64,000 bases of DNA from Candidatus Limnocylindrales bacterium (GTDB lineage: Bacteria; Chloroflexota; Limnocylindria; Limnocylindrales; CSP1-4): contig JBMFSS010000001.1 in the NCBI GenBank assembly GCA_049967415.1, positions 69,876-133,875 on the forward strand, in the 5' to 3' direction. The position numbers were made by a program, and so were the translations under genes. Shown piece by piece: positions 21,957-33,700 of this stretch. Below the pieces are notes generated by a model, which did not search any database, was not told the DNA's origin, and saw only the letters and a list, made by a program, of their open reading frames with translations. Each line of letters opens with the position of its first letter. Within the stretch, counting starts at the first letter, position 1.

Positions 21957-23171
21957 TCACGTTTGGGGCATCGCACCGGCGTCGCGGTCACGAAGTACCG
22001 CCACGCCGGGCAGCGTGATCCCCTCCAGGAACTCCAGCGACGCCCCGCCGCCAGTGGAGACGTGGGTCATCTTCTCGGCCAGCCCCAGCTGGTCCAGGGC
22101 CGCGACGGAGTCGCCCCCGCCCACCACGGTCGTCACGCCCTCTCCGGCCCGCTCTGCAAGGAAACGGGCCATGGCGCGTGTCGCGTCGCCGAACGTCGGG
22201 ATCTCAAAGACGCCCAGCGGGCCATTCCAGAGGATGGTTTTGGCCGGGCGCAGCGCGTCCTCAAACGCCCGGATCGTGTTCGGCCCCGCGTCCACGATCG
22301 ACCAGCTGTTGGGCACCTTGCTCGCCTGCACGACCTTGTGCTCGGCGCCCCGCGTCACCTCCTTGGCGACCACCACGTCGGTGGGCAACACGAAGTTGAC
22401 ACCGCGGGCCTCGGCGTCGGCCAGGATCCGCCGGGCGTCCTCCACCCGGTCCGGCTCGAGCAGGCTCTTCCCCACCGTGTAGCCCTTGGCAACCAGGAAG
22501 GTGTTGGCCATGCCGCCGCCAACGCAGAAGGTGTCGCACTTCGACACCAGGTTCTCGAGGACCTTGACCTTGTCCGACACCTTCGCGCCGCCCAGGACGG
22601 CCGCGAAGGGCCGCTCGGGGTTCTCGATCAGGCGCGAGAGCGCGTTGATCTCGCGCTCCATGAGGAAGCCGGCGTAGGCGGGCAGCAACTCGGCCATGCC
22701 CACGGTTGACGCGTGGGCCCGGTGCGCCGTGCCGAACGCGTCGTTCACGTAGACATCCGCGTAGCTCGCCAGGGTGCGAGCGAACTGGGGGTCGTTCGCC
22801 TCCTCCTCCGGGTGAAACCGGAGGTTCTCGAGCAGGATCACCTCGCCCGGCTTCAGGCGCGCCAGCGCATCGTTGGTCCCGGCCCCGATCGCATCTCCGG
22901 TCACAGGGACCGTGCGGCCCAACAGTTGGCTGAGGCGTTCGGCCACCGGGCGCAGCCGCATCCCTTCGACGACCTTGCCCTTGGGCCGACCCAGGTGGCT
23001 CGCCAGGATGACGATGGCCCCCTTGTCGAGCAGGTACTTGATCGTGGGGAGCGCGGCGCGGATGCGCGTGTCGTCGGTGACCTTGCCATCTTCCAGCGGG
23101 ACGTTGAAGTCCACGCGCACGAAAACCCGCTTGCCGCTGGGATCGAAGTCCCTGACGGTCTGCTTGTCCAT
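21957..23171 (-). CDS. pgk: Phosphoglycerate kinase
   Basis: MDKQTVRDFDPSGKRVFVRVDFNVPLEDGKV...; canonical PGK. Start set at the internal ATG. Confidence 0.9.
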   Translation of the reverse strand: MDKQTVRDFDPSGKRVFVRVDFNVPLEDGKVTDDTRIRAALPTIKYLLDKGAIVILASHLGRPKGKVVEGMRLRPVAERLSQLLGRTVPVTGDAIGAGTNDALARLKPGEVILLENLRFHPEEEANDPQFARTLASYADVYVNDAFGTAHRAHASTVGMAELLPAYAGFLMEREINALSRLIENPERPFAAVLGGAKVSDKVKVLENLVSKCDTFCVGGGMANTFLVAKGYTVGKSLLEPDRVEDARRILADAEARGVNFVLPTDVVVAKEVTRGAEHKVVQASKVPNSWSIVDAGPNTIRAFEDALRPAKTILWNGPLGVFEIPTFGDATRAMARFLAERAGEGVTTVVGGGDSVAALDQLGLAEKMTHVSTGGGASLEFLEGITLPGVAVLRDRDAGAMPQT

Positions 23172-23205
23172 GGCTCTCGTCCTTCCGTGCGTCCTGAGCC
23201 GGCGC

Positions 23206-24213
23206 CTAGAGGCGCTCTGCCACGAACTTCGCGAGGTCGGCGACGCGGCAGCTGTAGCCCCACTCGTTGTCGTACCAGGCCAGGACCTTGGCGAAACGGC
23301 CGCCCACGACCAGCGTGTAGGCGGATTCGACGATGGAGGAACGCGAGTCGCCCCGGAAGTCGGAGGAGACCAGCGGCTCATCGTTCACGCCGAGGATCCC
23401 CTGCATGCGGCCAGCAGCCGCCTCGCGGTAGGCGTCGTTGATCTGCTCGACCGTGGCCTCGCGGGCCAGGTCCACCGTGAGATCCACGATGCTGACGGTG
23501 GGGGTTGGGACGCGGAGGCTGAACCCGTCGAGCTTTCCCTTCAGGTCCGGGATCACGAGCGAAAGCGCTTTGGCCGCCCCGGTGGTGGTGGGGATGATGT
23601 TGAGGCCGGCGGACCGAGCGCGCCGCGGGTCCCTGTGGGCGGTATCCAGGATGCGCTGGTCGTTGGTGTAACTGTGGACCGTGTTCATCAGGCCGCGCTC
23701 GATGCCGAAGGTGTCGTTGAGCACCTTGGCAGCCGGGGCCAGGCAATTGGTGGTGCAGCTGGCGTTGCTGATGATCGCGTGGGCGGCCGGGTCGTACTTC
23801 TCCTCGTTCACCCCGAGCACCAGCGTGACGTCTTCCTTCTTGGCCGGGGCCGAGATGATGACCTTCTTCGCGCCGGCCTCGAGATGGACTCGGGCCTTGT
23901 CGGCGTCGGTGAACCGGCCAGTGGACTCGATCACGATGTCCACGCCCAGATCGCGCCATGGCAGCTCCGCGGGGTTCGTGATCATGAGGCTCTTGATGGC
24001 GTGCCCGTTGACCACGATCGCGTCGGCGGTGTGCTCCACGGTGCCGGAGAAGGCCCCGTACGTGGAGTCGTGCTTGAAGAGGAGCGCGTTGGTGGCCACG
24101 TCCACGATGTCATTGACGGCAACCACCTCGAGCTCGGGCGTGCGCTCAATGATGGCTTTCAGGGACTGGCGGCCGATGCGGCCGAAGCCATTGATCCCGA
24201 CGCGAACGGTCAT
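23206..24213 (-). CDS. gap: Glyceraldehyde-3-phosphate dehydrogenase
   Basis: [15 protein letters not shown]...[10 protein letters not shown]...; start at an ATG with a GAGAGG RBS. Forms the gap-pgk pair. Confidence 0.9.
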   Translation of the reverse strand: MTVRVGINGFGRIGRQSLKAIIERTPELEVVAVNDIVDVATNALLFKHDSTYGAFSGTVEHTADAIVVNGHAIKSLMITNPAELPWRDLGVDIVIESTGRFTDADKARVHLEAGAKKVIISAPAKKEDVTLVLGVNEEKYDPAAHAIISNASCTTNCLAPAAKVLNDTFGIERGLMNTVHSYTNDQRILDTAHRDPRRARSAGLNIIPTTTGAAKALSLVIPDLKGKLDGFSLRVPTPTVSIVDLTVDLAREATVEQINDAYREAAAGRMQGILGVNDEPLVSSDFRGDSRSSIVESAYTLVVGGRFAKVLAWYDNEWGYSCRVADLAKFVAERL

Positions 24214-24775
24214 GCTGTGCATCCTCTCGGTACCCGCAGGTGCGGGCGTATTGGTTGGCCACATGGTTCAAAACCGCCCGACACGACCGGGCCTCAGGCC
24301 CGATTGCTGGGGCGCCCGGTCAGGTCCGACGGTCACACCGTCGAGTGACCCGCTAAGTGGTCGGTCGAGCCTCGGCTCGAAGAGGCAGGCCATCCTCGCG
24401 GCGGCACGGCCCGAACGCCTGGCCCCTGAGAATTGCGCACGCCTGGTACGGGGATGGACCGGCAGACCGGCCCGGCCCGACGCACGGAAGCACCACGCTG
24501 GGCGGACGCCGACGCTTGCGGCCCCAGCAGCACCAGGGCCTTGGCCGTCGGGCAATCCTTCATTGCGCAAGCATTCTACCAACCGGAATTGCAGTCCAGA
24601 TGGCCCGGACGGCCCAATGTACGCGGGCCGCCCGGCGCTCGGCCGCAAGCAAACGGGGCGCCGACATCAGGCCGGGGCCCCGTTTGCGCGTCGGAGGAAG
24701 GCGAGCCGCTGGCGGGCGGACCGCGCACCAAGTCGCCGGCCACGGCCCGCTCGCAGGCGGCCCGCCTGGCGCTCT

Positions 24776-24916
24776 TCAGCCGCCGATACGAAAGACGCTG
24801 GTCCCGCAGACCGGGCACTTGCCCTTGATCGCGTGCTTGCCGTTCTTCATCGTGATCTGCTCGGGATCCTTGATCTCGACCTTGGTCTTGCACTTGACGC
24901 AATACGCTTCAGCCAT
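24776..24916 (-). CDS. Small zinc-ribbon protein (DUF5679-like)
   Basis: 46 aa, MAEAYCVKCKTKVEIKDPEQITMKNGKHAIKGKCPVCGTSVFRIGG. CxxC...CxxC zinc ribbon with a GAGGAG RBS 8 nt upstream. Confidence 0.65.
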   Translation of the reverse strand: MAEAYCVKCKTKVEIKDPEQITMKNGKHAIKGKCPVCGTSVFRIGG

Positions 24917-24997
24917 TCGGTCCGCTCCTCTCGCCGGGTGGTCCGGCTCTGGCGACGGCAGGGGCAACGCCCCGAGGGCCGTCGATCACATGGCTCG

Positions 24998-25852
24998 TCA
25001 GTGGCCGGCACCCGGGCACCAGAGCCCAGGGCGCCAGCTGGTCGTGCCTGCCTCGCGGACCTGGCGGTCCATTTCGGACAGGATCAGCAGGGCCTCCAGG
25101 CCCACTTCCACACAGTCTGCCTCCGCTCGCTCCCTCGCTTCCCCCTCCAGGAACTGCCCGGTCGTCCGTTGAGCGAATGCCGTGCAGACGACGCCTGCGC
25201 GGCAACCCGCCAGCCCGGCCAGCACGAGGACGGCCGAGCCCTCCATCTCGAAGTTCATGACCCCCTGCCGGCGCATCTCTTCCGCGAAATCCGGGAATCG
25301 GATCGGCAGCTGGGGGATCGGCCGACCCTGTGCTCCATAGAAACCGGGCGCCGTTGCCGTGATGCCAAGATGGGCCCGCTTGCCACGGCGTGCGGCCGCT
25401 TCAAGCAGTGCAGCAACCGTGGCGTAATCCGCGACGGCCGGGTAGCCCTCGTGAACGAAATAGCGGGTGGTTGCCTCGAGCCGGACGGAGCCGGTGGTCA
25501 CCAGGAGCTCGCCGAGCGCAACGTCCTCCCGCAGCACCCCGCTTGAACCGACGCGGACGAACGCCGGGCGCGACGTGATGGCGAGGATCTCGGCCAGCAC
25601 GATTTCGACGTTGTCGGCCCCGATGCCGGTCGACACCGCCGAGACGCGCAACCCGCGGCGGGTGCCCGTGACACTGACGAACTCGCGGTGGCGGCGGAGG
25701 AACTCGACGTCGTCCAACTGCGCCGCGATCAGCTCGATGCGGTCAGGATCACCCGGAAGCAGGATGTACTCGGCCAGATCGCCAGGACCGAGCGCGATGT
25801 GATACTGCGGGCCCGCCTCGGGCAGCGCGACGCGGGGGTCCGCCTTCGGCAC
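24998..25852 (-). CDS. Nucleoside phosphorylase, PNP/UDP family 1 (uridine phosphorylase-like)
   Basis: ...YHIALGPGDLAEYILLPGDPDRIELIAAQ...STGIGADN...VMNFEMEGSAVL matches the uridine/purine nucleoside phosphorylase fold. The start is uncertain (GTG at 25852 proposed); the track ORF extends to 26041. Confidence 0.65.
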   Translation of the reverse strand: MPKADPRVALPEAGPQYHIALGPGDLAEYILLPGDPDRIELIAAQLDDVEFLRRHREFVSVTGTRRGLRVSAVSTGIGADNVEIVLAEILAITSRPAFVRVGSSGVLREDVALGELLVTTGSVRLEATTRYFVHEGYPAVADYATVAALLEAAARRGKRAHLGITATAPGFYGAQGRPIPQLPIRFPDFAEEMRRQGVMNFEMEGSAVLVLAGLAGCRAGVVCTAFAQRTTGQFLEGEARERAEADCVEVGLEALLILSEMDRQVREAGTTSWRPGLWCPGAGH

Positions 25853-26037
25853 GTCAACGTTCCTCGATGCCGCCTCCGCACGAACCGGCGGAGGTCGCGC
25901 CGAGCATAGAGAAGCCGAAACACAGGCGTCAAGCGCGCATGGGGGTCCGCGGGCGTGCGGGGCGCGGTTGGCGGTCCGCGGCGGGCCCGCCGAGACGCGC
26001 ACGTGGACGCAACCCTGCCTGCGCATCCGCGGCCCGC

Positions 26038-29000
26038 TCATCGCGACTCGGTGTGGGAACGGGAGCCCGCGCTCCCTGACGGGGACGAGAGAAGCGTCAC
26101 GAGCCGCGCTGCCAGGCCCCGTCCGATGCGCTCCCGGCGGTTCGCCTGGAGCCGACGCCAGGCGAGGAGCGCGCCAGCCGCAGCAAGGACAACCAGGAGG
26201 GCGATCAGGCCCAGCGCCGCAGATGCCGAGCCACCGGGGACCGCCACCGCAACCGGGCCGACGCGGAGTTCGGCGACCGGTCGCACCTCCGACCCGTCCA
26301 ATGCGGACCCCGTCGCGGCGCCGTTGCCGACGCCCGCCAGAGGGACGGCCTCGCCCAGGTCACCCACCAGGGCCACCGCGGCCGCATCGCTGACGACCAC
26401 CACCGAGCCGCCTCCGGTGGCGCGCTGGACCAGCCCGGTCACATTGAGGGCCGCGCCGCGCTCGATCATCCGGAGCAGAGGCGCGGCACCGCCTTCCAGC
26501 CGGACGTCGCCCGTGCCCGTCCCATCGTCAAGCGTCACACCGTCCGTGCGGAGCGCCGAGACGAGTCCACCGACGCGGACCAGGGCGCCGGGGTGGCTCC
26601 CGAGATCTGCCAGGTCGAGGTCCAGCGCAATGGCACCCGCCGCGCTGCCGGTGCCGGGCGCCGTCCGATCCGCGGATCGGCTGCCCACCGGCCCGCTCCC
26701 CGACTGGCCGGCGCCGAGGGGGGCCGCGTCCCCAGCGGTCGTCCCACCGCTCCCGGCAACGCCAGGGCCGAGGGCGACGTCGCTCGCGGCTCGTGGCAGG
26801 ACCGCCAGGCGCTGGTCCGCGGCGGCGGCCGACGGCCCACGGACGATCCCGGTGACGCTGGCATCGTGGCCCTCGGCCAGGGCCGTGGACGGCACGCCGC
26901 TCCGGCTCGTCCCCTGGACCGGAACAACGGACCCCCCTGGCAGACGAATCTCCGCGCGCCACGTGACGCCATAGCGACGCACGGCCTGCACCCGGCCGTC
27001 CGCCCGGACCAGGCGCCACTGGTCTGCCTGGGAGGGGGCCGTCGAGAGCGCACGGGGCGACAGGGCAACGTGGTGGGCGACGGCAACCATCTGGCTCGCG
27101 GTGAGCTGGAACGCCCCGCCGTATGTGCCGGATCGGCCCGTGATCCGGATCCGGTCTCCGACGGACACCGACGGCGCATCCGCGGGGAGCCTGACGAGGA
27201 TACCGCCCGACTCGTCCTGCACGACCACCCGCCGGGGGTCCGGGTCGATGAATCCAGGCTGCGTGCTGACCACGGCCTCGATGGTGACCGAGCCCGATTG
27301 GGTCCGGGCCCGGGCGACGGTGATGACCGACGCCGGTGGCGCTGACGCCGTGGGCGGGCCCGCATCCGGGCCGCCGCCCGCACCCACGCTCGATTCGGTC
27401 ACCGGCGACACGAGATCCCGGTCGTCACGTGGCCAGATCCGGTAGCCGTCCAACGCCCCCGAGCGGGAGGCGCGCTGGCCGGCAATCCCGGTCACCTGGA
27501 GCCGGGCCCCTTTCTTCAGGCCGCTGGCGCAGGGATGCCAGCATGAGACCGTGAAGGTGCCGGTGGCGTCCGAGAGGAGCAGCGTCGCCGACCCGGAGGT
27601 CGCCCGCGTGACCCGCGTTACCGCCCCGCTGGCGCGCACCAGGAGCCCCTCGACGCCTTCGCCGAGGGCGGCCGCGGCGACGGGGCGCGGAGCCGGCACG
27701 GCGTCTGCCCCGATCAGTCGGACGTCGCCGGGCGCGGACACGTTGACCTGCAACGCACCGTAGCGGGAGGCGAGCTTGCCGGTGATCGCGACCAGGTCGC
27801 CCCGCGCGAGCACGGGCGCGTTGCGAGCGGGGAGCACGGCGAGGAGGCCGCCCGTCGCGTCCTGCACCGCCACGGTCCGCAGATCGAGGATTGCGCCGGA
27901 CTCGGATGTCACGACACCCTCGATCGTGACCCGGGTACCGATGGCCAACCGACGGGCAGAACCGATCGCCATGGGCTCCGGCTCCGGATTGGGACTGGGC
28001 GATGGGCTGGGGCTGGACGAGGGGTCCGGGCTGGTGCTCGGCGAGGGGCTGGGGCTGGGAGATGGGTCCGGGCTGGGGCTGGGCGTCGGAGTCGACGATG
28101 GACTCGGCGTGGGGCTGGGCACGGCCACCACCAGGTCGGAGCGATCGCGGAGGTAGAGCCGGTACCCCTCGGCACCGGTACCGCCGGAGTCATGCTGGCC
28201 GAGAACGCCCGTGGCGACCACCCGGGCCCCGGCCGGCAGATCGGCGGAGGCGATGCCGCTCGCCACCACTGCGACCGCCCGCACCGGGCCGGTTCCATCG
28301 TCCACGTCGACGCCAAAACCATCCGCCAGCACCGTCCGTGTCGTCCCGAGCGTGCCCGTGACGGTTACCTGCCGACCCTCCCACGGTTCTCGTGCGCTGC
28401 CGGTGGCAATCGCCGGCGGCGCCGCGAGCGCGGGCACGCCGACCGGCTCGATATCGGACGCCGACCCCACGCGCAGGATGCGCTGCCCATAGCGCGTGCC
28501 GAGCGTGCCGTGCACGCGCACTCCATCGCCCATCGTCAGCGACGGCCAGGCCGTGGTGAGATGGATCGCGATCCCGGCCGTCGAGTCCTCCAGGAACGCC
28601 TCCAGGCCCGACTCGACGAACCCCGGCGGCGTTGTCAGGGTGCCCTGCACGCTCACCGTGCCTCCGTCGGGCAGGGAGCGAGCCTGGGCGATGCTCGCAA
28701 TCGCCACCGTCGGCACGGGGGTTGGGGTGGGCACAGGGGAGTCGCTCGGCGCCGGAGTGGCCGTGGGCCTGGGCGTGGGCGTGGGGGTGGCGACGGGCGT
28801 CGGGGCAGGCGTAGGGGTGGGTGCGGGAGTCGGGATCGGAGTGGCGCTCGGCGAGGGTGTCGCAGTGGGAGCCGGAGTGGGTTCCGGCGTGGGACCAGTC
28901 GGATCAGGGGCAGGCGACCCAGTCCCCGTGGGCGCGGGCGTCTCGCTGGAGCTGGGTTCCGGCGTCGGGGGCGCGGAGGGCGTCGGTGCCGTCGCCGGGG

Positions 29001-29646
29001 TGGGCGGGTCCGAAAGCCGCTGCGGAGAGGGCGTGGCGGCCGAGAAATCGGCCGCGTTGTCATTCGTGTCCTGCGCGTTCCCGTCGAGTCCGCCGGGCCG
29101 GCGCTCCACGCCGGCGCCGGCAGCCGGAGCGGCGACGGGCGTCCCCTCGACCCAGCCGTTGCTGGCATCCCCCCAGGAGACCGCGTCGATTGGGGCTCCG
29201 CCGGCGGGACGCAACACCAGGGTGCCGCCGTTCGCGGCCATGCCGCTTGCGTACGTGGCGTCCGCGCCGGCTGCGTAGATCCCGCTTGCGTTCGCAATCA
29301 GCACGTGATGCCTGGCGGGGACCAGGACCTGCGCTGTCCAGCCGACGCGCCGCGACAGGCTGGTGCCCGCCGAGCTCGTGTACGCGACCTCCAGGCCAGC
29401 CAGGTCCACCGGCTCGCCGCTTGCGTTGTACAGCTCGACGAATTCATCCGACGCGCTGGTCCCGCCAGTCTGCACCTCGCTGATCAGGAGCCCGCTGGAG
29501 GGCGGCCAGCCGACGGCGGACCCGGCGGCGATCCCGCCCGCACCCCAGGCCAGCCCGCTCCCGAAGACCAGCAGCGCCGCGAGTGAGACCAGGCCGCCGG
29601 TGGGGACGCGGCCCCGCGGCGATCGACGACGATCCAGGCGATCCAT
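26038..29646 (-). CDS. Large (1202-aa) secreted or membrane-anchored protein: signal peptide, lamin-tail domain, Pro/Thr linker, about seven OB-fold-like repeats, Pro/Ser linker, C-terminal TM anchor
   Basis: Start at an ATG with a GGAGG RBS. The N-terminal signal or TM is [34 protein letters not shown] motifs [10 protein letters not shown]...[18 protein letters not shown]. Repeated ~90-110-aa modules of the type [10 protein letters not shown]...[17 protein letters not shown], resembling the OB folds of YhcR/ExeM-type extracellular nucleases. C-terminal [29 protein letters not shown]. No nuclease catalytic domain was recognised. Confidence 0.8.
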   Translation of the reverse strand: MDRLDRRRSPRGRVPTGGLVSLAALLVFGSGLAWGAGGIAAGSAVGWPPSSGLLISEVQTGGTSASDEFVELYNASGEPVDLAGLEVAYTSSAGTSLSRRVGWTAQVLVPARHHVLIANASGIYAAGADATYASGMAANGGTLVLRPAGGAPIDAVSWGDASNGWVEGTPVAAPAAGAGVERRPGGLDGNAQDTNDNAADFSAATPSPQRLSDPPTPATAPTPSAPPTPEPSSSETPAPTGTGSPAPDPTGPTPEPTPAPTATPSPSATPIPTPAPTPTPAPTPVATPTPTPRPTATPAPSDSPVPTPTPVPTVAIASIAQARSLPDGGTVSVQGTLTTPPGFVESGLEAFLEDSTAGIAIHLTTAWPSLTMGDGVRVHGTLGTRYGQRILRVGSASDIEPVGVPALAAPPAIATGSAREPWEGRQVTVTGTLGTTRTVLADGFGVDVDDGTGPVRAVAVVASGIASADLPAGARVVATGVLGQHDSGGTGAEGYRLYLRDRSDLVVAVPSPTPSPSSTPTPSPSPDPSPSPSPSPSTSPDPSSSPSPSPSPNPEPEPMAIGSARRLAIGTRVTIEGVVTSESGAILDLRTVAVQDATGGLLAVLPARNAPVLARGDLVAITGKLASRYGALQVNVSAPGDVRLIGADAVPAPRPVAAAALGEGVEGLLVRASGAVTRVTRATSGSATLLLSDATGTFTVSCWHPCASGLKKGARLQVTGIAGQRASRSGALDGYRIWPRDDRDLVSPVTESSVGAGGGPDAGPPTASAPPASVITVARARTQSGSVTIEAVVSTQPGFIDPDPRRVVVQDESGGILVRLPADAPSVSVGDRIRITGRSGTYGGAFQLTASQMVAVAHHVALSPRALSTAPSQADQWRLVRADGRVQAVRRYGVTWRAEIRLPGGSVVPVQGTSRSGVPSTALAEGHDASVTGIVRGPSAAAADQRLAVLPRAASDVALGPGVAGSGGTTAGDAAPLGAGQSGSGPVGSRSADRTAPGTGSAAGAIALDLDLADLGSHPGALVRVGGLVSALRTDGVTLDDGTGTGDVRLEGGAAPLLRMIERGAALNVTGLVQRATGGGSVVVVSDAAAVALVGDLGEAVPLAGVGNGAATGSALDGSEVRPVAELRVGPVAVAVPGGSASAALGLIALLVVLAAAGALLAWRRLQANRRERIGRGLAARLVTLLSSPSGSAGSRSHTESR
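27973..28122 (-). repeat. Low-complexity coding repeat, the (Pro-Ser)n linker of the large surface protein
   Basis: Encodes [48 protein letters not shown]; seen at DNA level as a tandem ggg/gct/gga triplet periodicity. Confidence 0.7.
28708..29010 (-). repeat. Low-complexity coding repeat, the (Pro-Thr/Ala)n linker of the large surface protein
   Basis: Encodes [17 protein letters not shown]...[32 protein letters not shown]. Confidence 0.7.
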
Positions 29647-29952
29647 GCCATGCACCTCCGGGGTGGCCGGCGGTCCCCGACTTGTAGCGCACGCCGCTTT
29701 GCGGGGCCTGCACTCCGCCTTACGTCGTGCTTGCCGCCCCGATCGCGGCCGCGTCCGGTTGCCTCCGCACGCGGAGCCCTGCGACTGCACACAGCGGTGG
29801 GCGCCGGCAAGTGCGCTGCGCCGCAGGGGCTGGCGTGAGCGTGGGGTACCATGCGCACCAGCGCCCGAGCTGCGGCCCAGCTGTGCCCAACGTGCCAGGA
29901 CTGGCCGGGTCCGTGCCGCGTCTATCGCCCGAACACGTCAGAGGAGTGAGGG

Positions 29953-30639
29953 TTGGCCCGCGCAAAGAGGACCGAACGCGCCGAAGTGCGCCGTCGCAAC
30001 CGCGTGCTCCAGGCCGAGGCGGCGGCCCTGCCCGCCCCCAGCCCGGCGGCCCCTGCGCAGTCGGCGGCGCCACCCACGTCGATGGTGGAAACCGTGCGCC
30101 GCATGCTCGGGCAGGCCCATCCGCCGGATTTCGGTGCCGACGCGCACGCGCTGCCAGGGATCGTCCGGGGCACGCCCTGGATCCTGGTGCCGTACGGGCT
30201 GCTGGTGCTGGGCGCGGCCCTGGCTGCGGTGCTACCGAAGAACGGGGCCTCCGGCGGGAGCATCCCCTCCTTCTACGTGCAGCTCGCCTTTCTTCAGCCG
30301 ACTCTGCTCTTCTTCCTGGCCGGGTTCCTGGCGCCGCGCGCCGCGTACCTCTTCGGTGCGCTGCTGGGCATCCTGGCTTCGCTCCTGTTCGTGGTGCTCG
30401 CCGTGGGTCTGGTGGGCGTCTTTGGGGCGCTCGACAAGATGAGCTTCGGGGATCGCCTGGTCTACTCCGGCTGGCAGCTCGTGCAGTTCACGCTGACCGG
30501 CGCGGTCTTCGGGTGGTTCGCGTCCTGGTACCGGGACTTCCTCCGGCGCTCCCAGGCACGCAGCCGGCAGACGGCAGAGGCCCGCAAGCGCGAGCAGCGG
30601 CGACAGGCCAGGCGTCCGGAGTCAAAGCGCGCCCGCTGA
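29953..30639 (+). CDS. Hypothetical integral membrane protein (4 predicted TM segments)
   Basis: 228 aa with a basic N-terminus, hydrophobic segments (WILVPYGLLVLGAALAAVL, LAFLQPTLLFFLAGFLA, FGALLGILASLLFVVLAVGLVGVFGAL, LVQFTLTGAVFGWFASW) and a basic C-terminal tail. Divergent from the large surface protein. Confidence 0.45.
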   Translation: MARAKRTERAEVRRRNRVLQAEAAALPAPSPAAPAQSAAPPTSMVETVRRMLGQAHPPDFGADAHALPGIVRGTPWILVPYGLLVLGAALAAVLPKNGASGGSIPSFYVQLAFLQPTLLFFLAGFLAPRAAYLFGALLGILASLLFVVLAVGLVGVFGALDKMSFGDRLVYSGWQLVQFTLTGAVFGWFASWYRDFLRRSQARSRQTAEARKREQRRQARRPESKRAR

Positions 30640-30774
30640 GGGCAGGCCCGCACCGGGCGAGACGGACAGACTGGGGACCGGGACCGGCAGGGGAACCCGG
30701 GGCCGGCGCGGGCCGGGGCCGGCGCGGGCACGAACACGCTGGAGTGCGCCCCGCCGGAGTGTTCCGGCGACGCA

Positions 30775-33700
30775 TCAGGCCCGGCGACGCCCTGCGTAGC
30801 CCTGCGCCCGGATGCCGCCCAGCACTCCCGGTCCGCCAGCAGCCCGCGCCACGCCGGGCAGGGCACGTACCTCGCGCGCGACCACGTTTACGACACTCGC
30901 CCCGCGCTGCAGCTCTCCGTCCACCCACAGGAGCGCGTGCCGTTGGACGACGCCTCGAAACCGATCCCAGCGGTCCGGCCAGAGCGTGACGTTGACCATG
31001 CCGGTCTCGTCCTCCAGGGCCAGGAAAACGGTCCCATGCGCGGTCATCGGATGCTGGCGGGTCACGACAAGGCCGGCGATGCGCACCACCCCGGGGTCCA
31101 TGTCTGCGAGCCGTCCGTTGGCCACCGCCCCGAGCCGGTCGAGCGCGGGGCGGAACAACTCCACCACCTGGCGCCGCGCGTCGAGTGAGAGGATCGCGTA
31201 GCTGTCGGCCAGCCGCTCCAGCTCGGAGGGCGGGGGCAGGACCGGAGCATCCATGGGAGGCAGGCGCAGGTCGAGCGGCTCCCAGGCGTCTGCGCGCCGC
31301 GGCCGGAGATGGATCGGCTCGACGCGCTCGACGGCCGCGAACCGGGCCCCGGAGTAATCGTGCGGCTGTTCGTCGTGCCCTCCGGCACGACCCGGCGGAG
31401 GCAAGCCTCTGCGGTCCATGCACCCAGGAACTGGGATCTCCGCAGCGGGGCCCGGAGGCTGCGGATCATGCACGGGAGGACTGTGCTGCGCACATTCGGC
31501 CGCCCCGAGGGCGGACACACCGACCCGCGGCCCGCCCGGCACGCTCGCCTCGTGCGTGGACGGGGGCCTGAACCGCTCGGAACACGCCCGGGCCGGCCGC
31601 GACACGCTGCAATCGTCTGCATCACATTCCCCGGGTGCCAGTTGCGCAGGTTCCGGCGCGCGTGCGGCTCCGCCCGCAGGCGGACACGCGCGCCCCGTCG
31701 TCGTTCGCCCCGTCGTCGTTCGCCCCGTCGTCGTTCGCCCCGTCGAGGCAGCCACCTCGTGCAGCTGCCAGAGCAGCTCTCGCCGCGGCCGTCCCAGCGA
31801 ATCGAGCGCCCCTGCCCGGATCAGCCGCTCGAGCACCTCCTCGGAAAGCCCCGTCCGTGCCACCACATCGGCCAGCGACCGATACGGGCCCCGCTCCCGC
31901 TCCGCATCGAGCCGCTCGGCATGCTCCTCGCCGATCCCCTTCACCAGGTGCAGCCCAAGCCGGACGCCATATCCGGAGGCCGACGCCGCCGCCAGCTGCC
32001 TGCGCGTGCGCGGGTCCGGCACCACGCAGCCCGATGCGTGCACGACCGCCGGCCGTCGCGCGATCCCGGACCCTTCGGGCAACGGCTCCCCGGGCAGCCC
32101 CACCCATTCGGTCGCGGTCCGGAAGCGGCTCCGGTTGACGTCCACCGGCAGCACCGCAACCCCGTGGCGCTTCGCGTCGTTGACCAGGACCTCCACCGGG
32201 TAGAAGCCCATCGGCTGGTTGTTGATGAGCCCGGCGGCGAACTGCGCGGGGTAGTAGAGCTTCAGGAACGCCGACTCGTACGCGGTGCGTGCGAACGCGG
32301 CCGCGTGGCTCTTGTTGAAGCCGAAGCTGGCGAACGCCGCGACCTGCCGGAAGAGCTCCTCCGCCTGCTCGTCGGTCAGGCCGCTCACGGACCGGCACCC
32401 GTCCACAAACTGGCCATGGAGCTTCTCCATCTCATGGCTGGAGCGCCAGGTGCCCATCGCCCGCCGGAAGCCATCCGACTCGCCCGCGCTGAATCCCGCC
32501 ACCCGGATGGCGATCTCCATCACCTGCTCCTGGTAGAGGATCACGCCGAGCGTCTCGCGCAGGATTGGCTCCAGGCTGGGGTGCAGGTAGGTCACGGGCT
32601 CGAGCCCCTGGCGCCGGCGCAGGTAGGGATGGACGGCGTTGCCCTGGATCGGGCCCGGCCGGATGATCGCGACCTCCACCACCAGGTCGTCGAGCGTGCG
32701 CGGCGCGGACTTCGGGAGCGTCTGCATCTGGGCCCGCGATTCGACCTGGAAGACCCCCACCGTGTCGGCCGCGCGGATCATGCGAAAGACGTCCGGCAGG
32801 TCCTCGGGAAGCCGGTCCAGGTCAAGCCCCACGCCGCAGTCGGCCGCGATGGCGCGCAGCGCGTCGTCGATCGCGGAAAGCATGCGCAGGCCGAGCAGGT
32901 CGAGCTTGATCAGCTTCAGCGTCTCGACGTCGCGCTTGTCGTACTGGACGACAACCCGGCCGGGCATGCTGGCGCGCTCGAGCGGAGCGATCTCGACGAG
33001 GGGGACGGCGGTGACGAGCATCCCGCCGACGTGGATGCCCAAGTGCCGGGGGTGGCCGTCGAGCCGGGCGCACAGCTCCAGCCAGCGCTCCCATGGCGAG
33101 GGGCCGGCGGTGTCCGTACCGCGCGCAGGCGCCCACGGCGACGACACGAAGCACGCCGCGAACTCGCCATCTGCCTCCAGGTCGCGCCGAACCACCGCCG
33201 CGTCGCAGGTCTCGAGCGCCTTCGCCACCCGATCGACCAGCGGTCGCGGGAACCCCAGCGCGTACCCCACCTCGCGCACCGCCGACCTCGCCCGGTACGT
33301 GATGACGTTGCAGACCATCCCTGTGTGCTCGGGGCCGTAGCGCTCGTAGACGTAGCGGATCACCTCTTCGCGGCGCGAGGAGGCGATGTCGATGTCGACG
33401 TCCGGATAGCTCGTGCGCCCTTCGTTGATGAACCGCTCGAAGAGGAGGTTGTGCCGGATCGGATCGACCCGCGTGATCCCCAGCACGTAGGCGACAATCG
33501 AGTCGCCGGCGCTTCCCCTCCCCTGGGCCGGGATCCCGCGCTCACGCGCGAACCGCATCAGGTCCCAGCAGACCAGGAAGAACTCGGCCAGGCCCGTCCG
33601 CTCGATCACGCCCAGCTCGTGGGCAAGCTGGCGCACCACCCGTGGCGTGAGCGGGTGGTACTTCCGGACCGCGCCCGCATGGCAGAGCGCCTCGAGATGG

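Noticed and set aside
27973-29010. Tandem short DNA repeats that could be mistaken for a CRISPR or VNTR array
   Set aside because: They encode the Pro-Ser and Pro-Thr linkers inside the large surface protein: irregular repeat units, no spacer structure, no cas genes.
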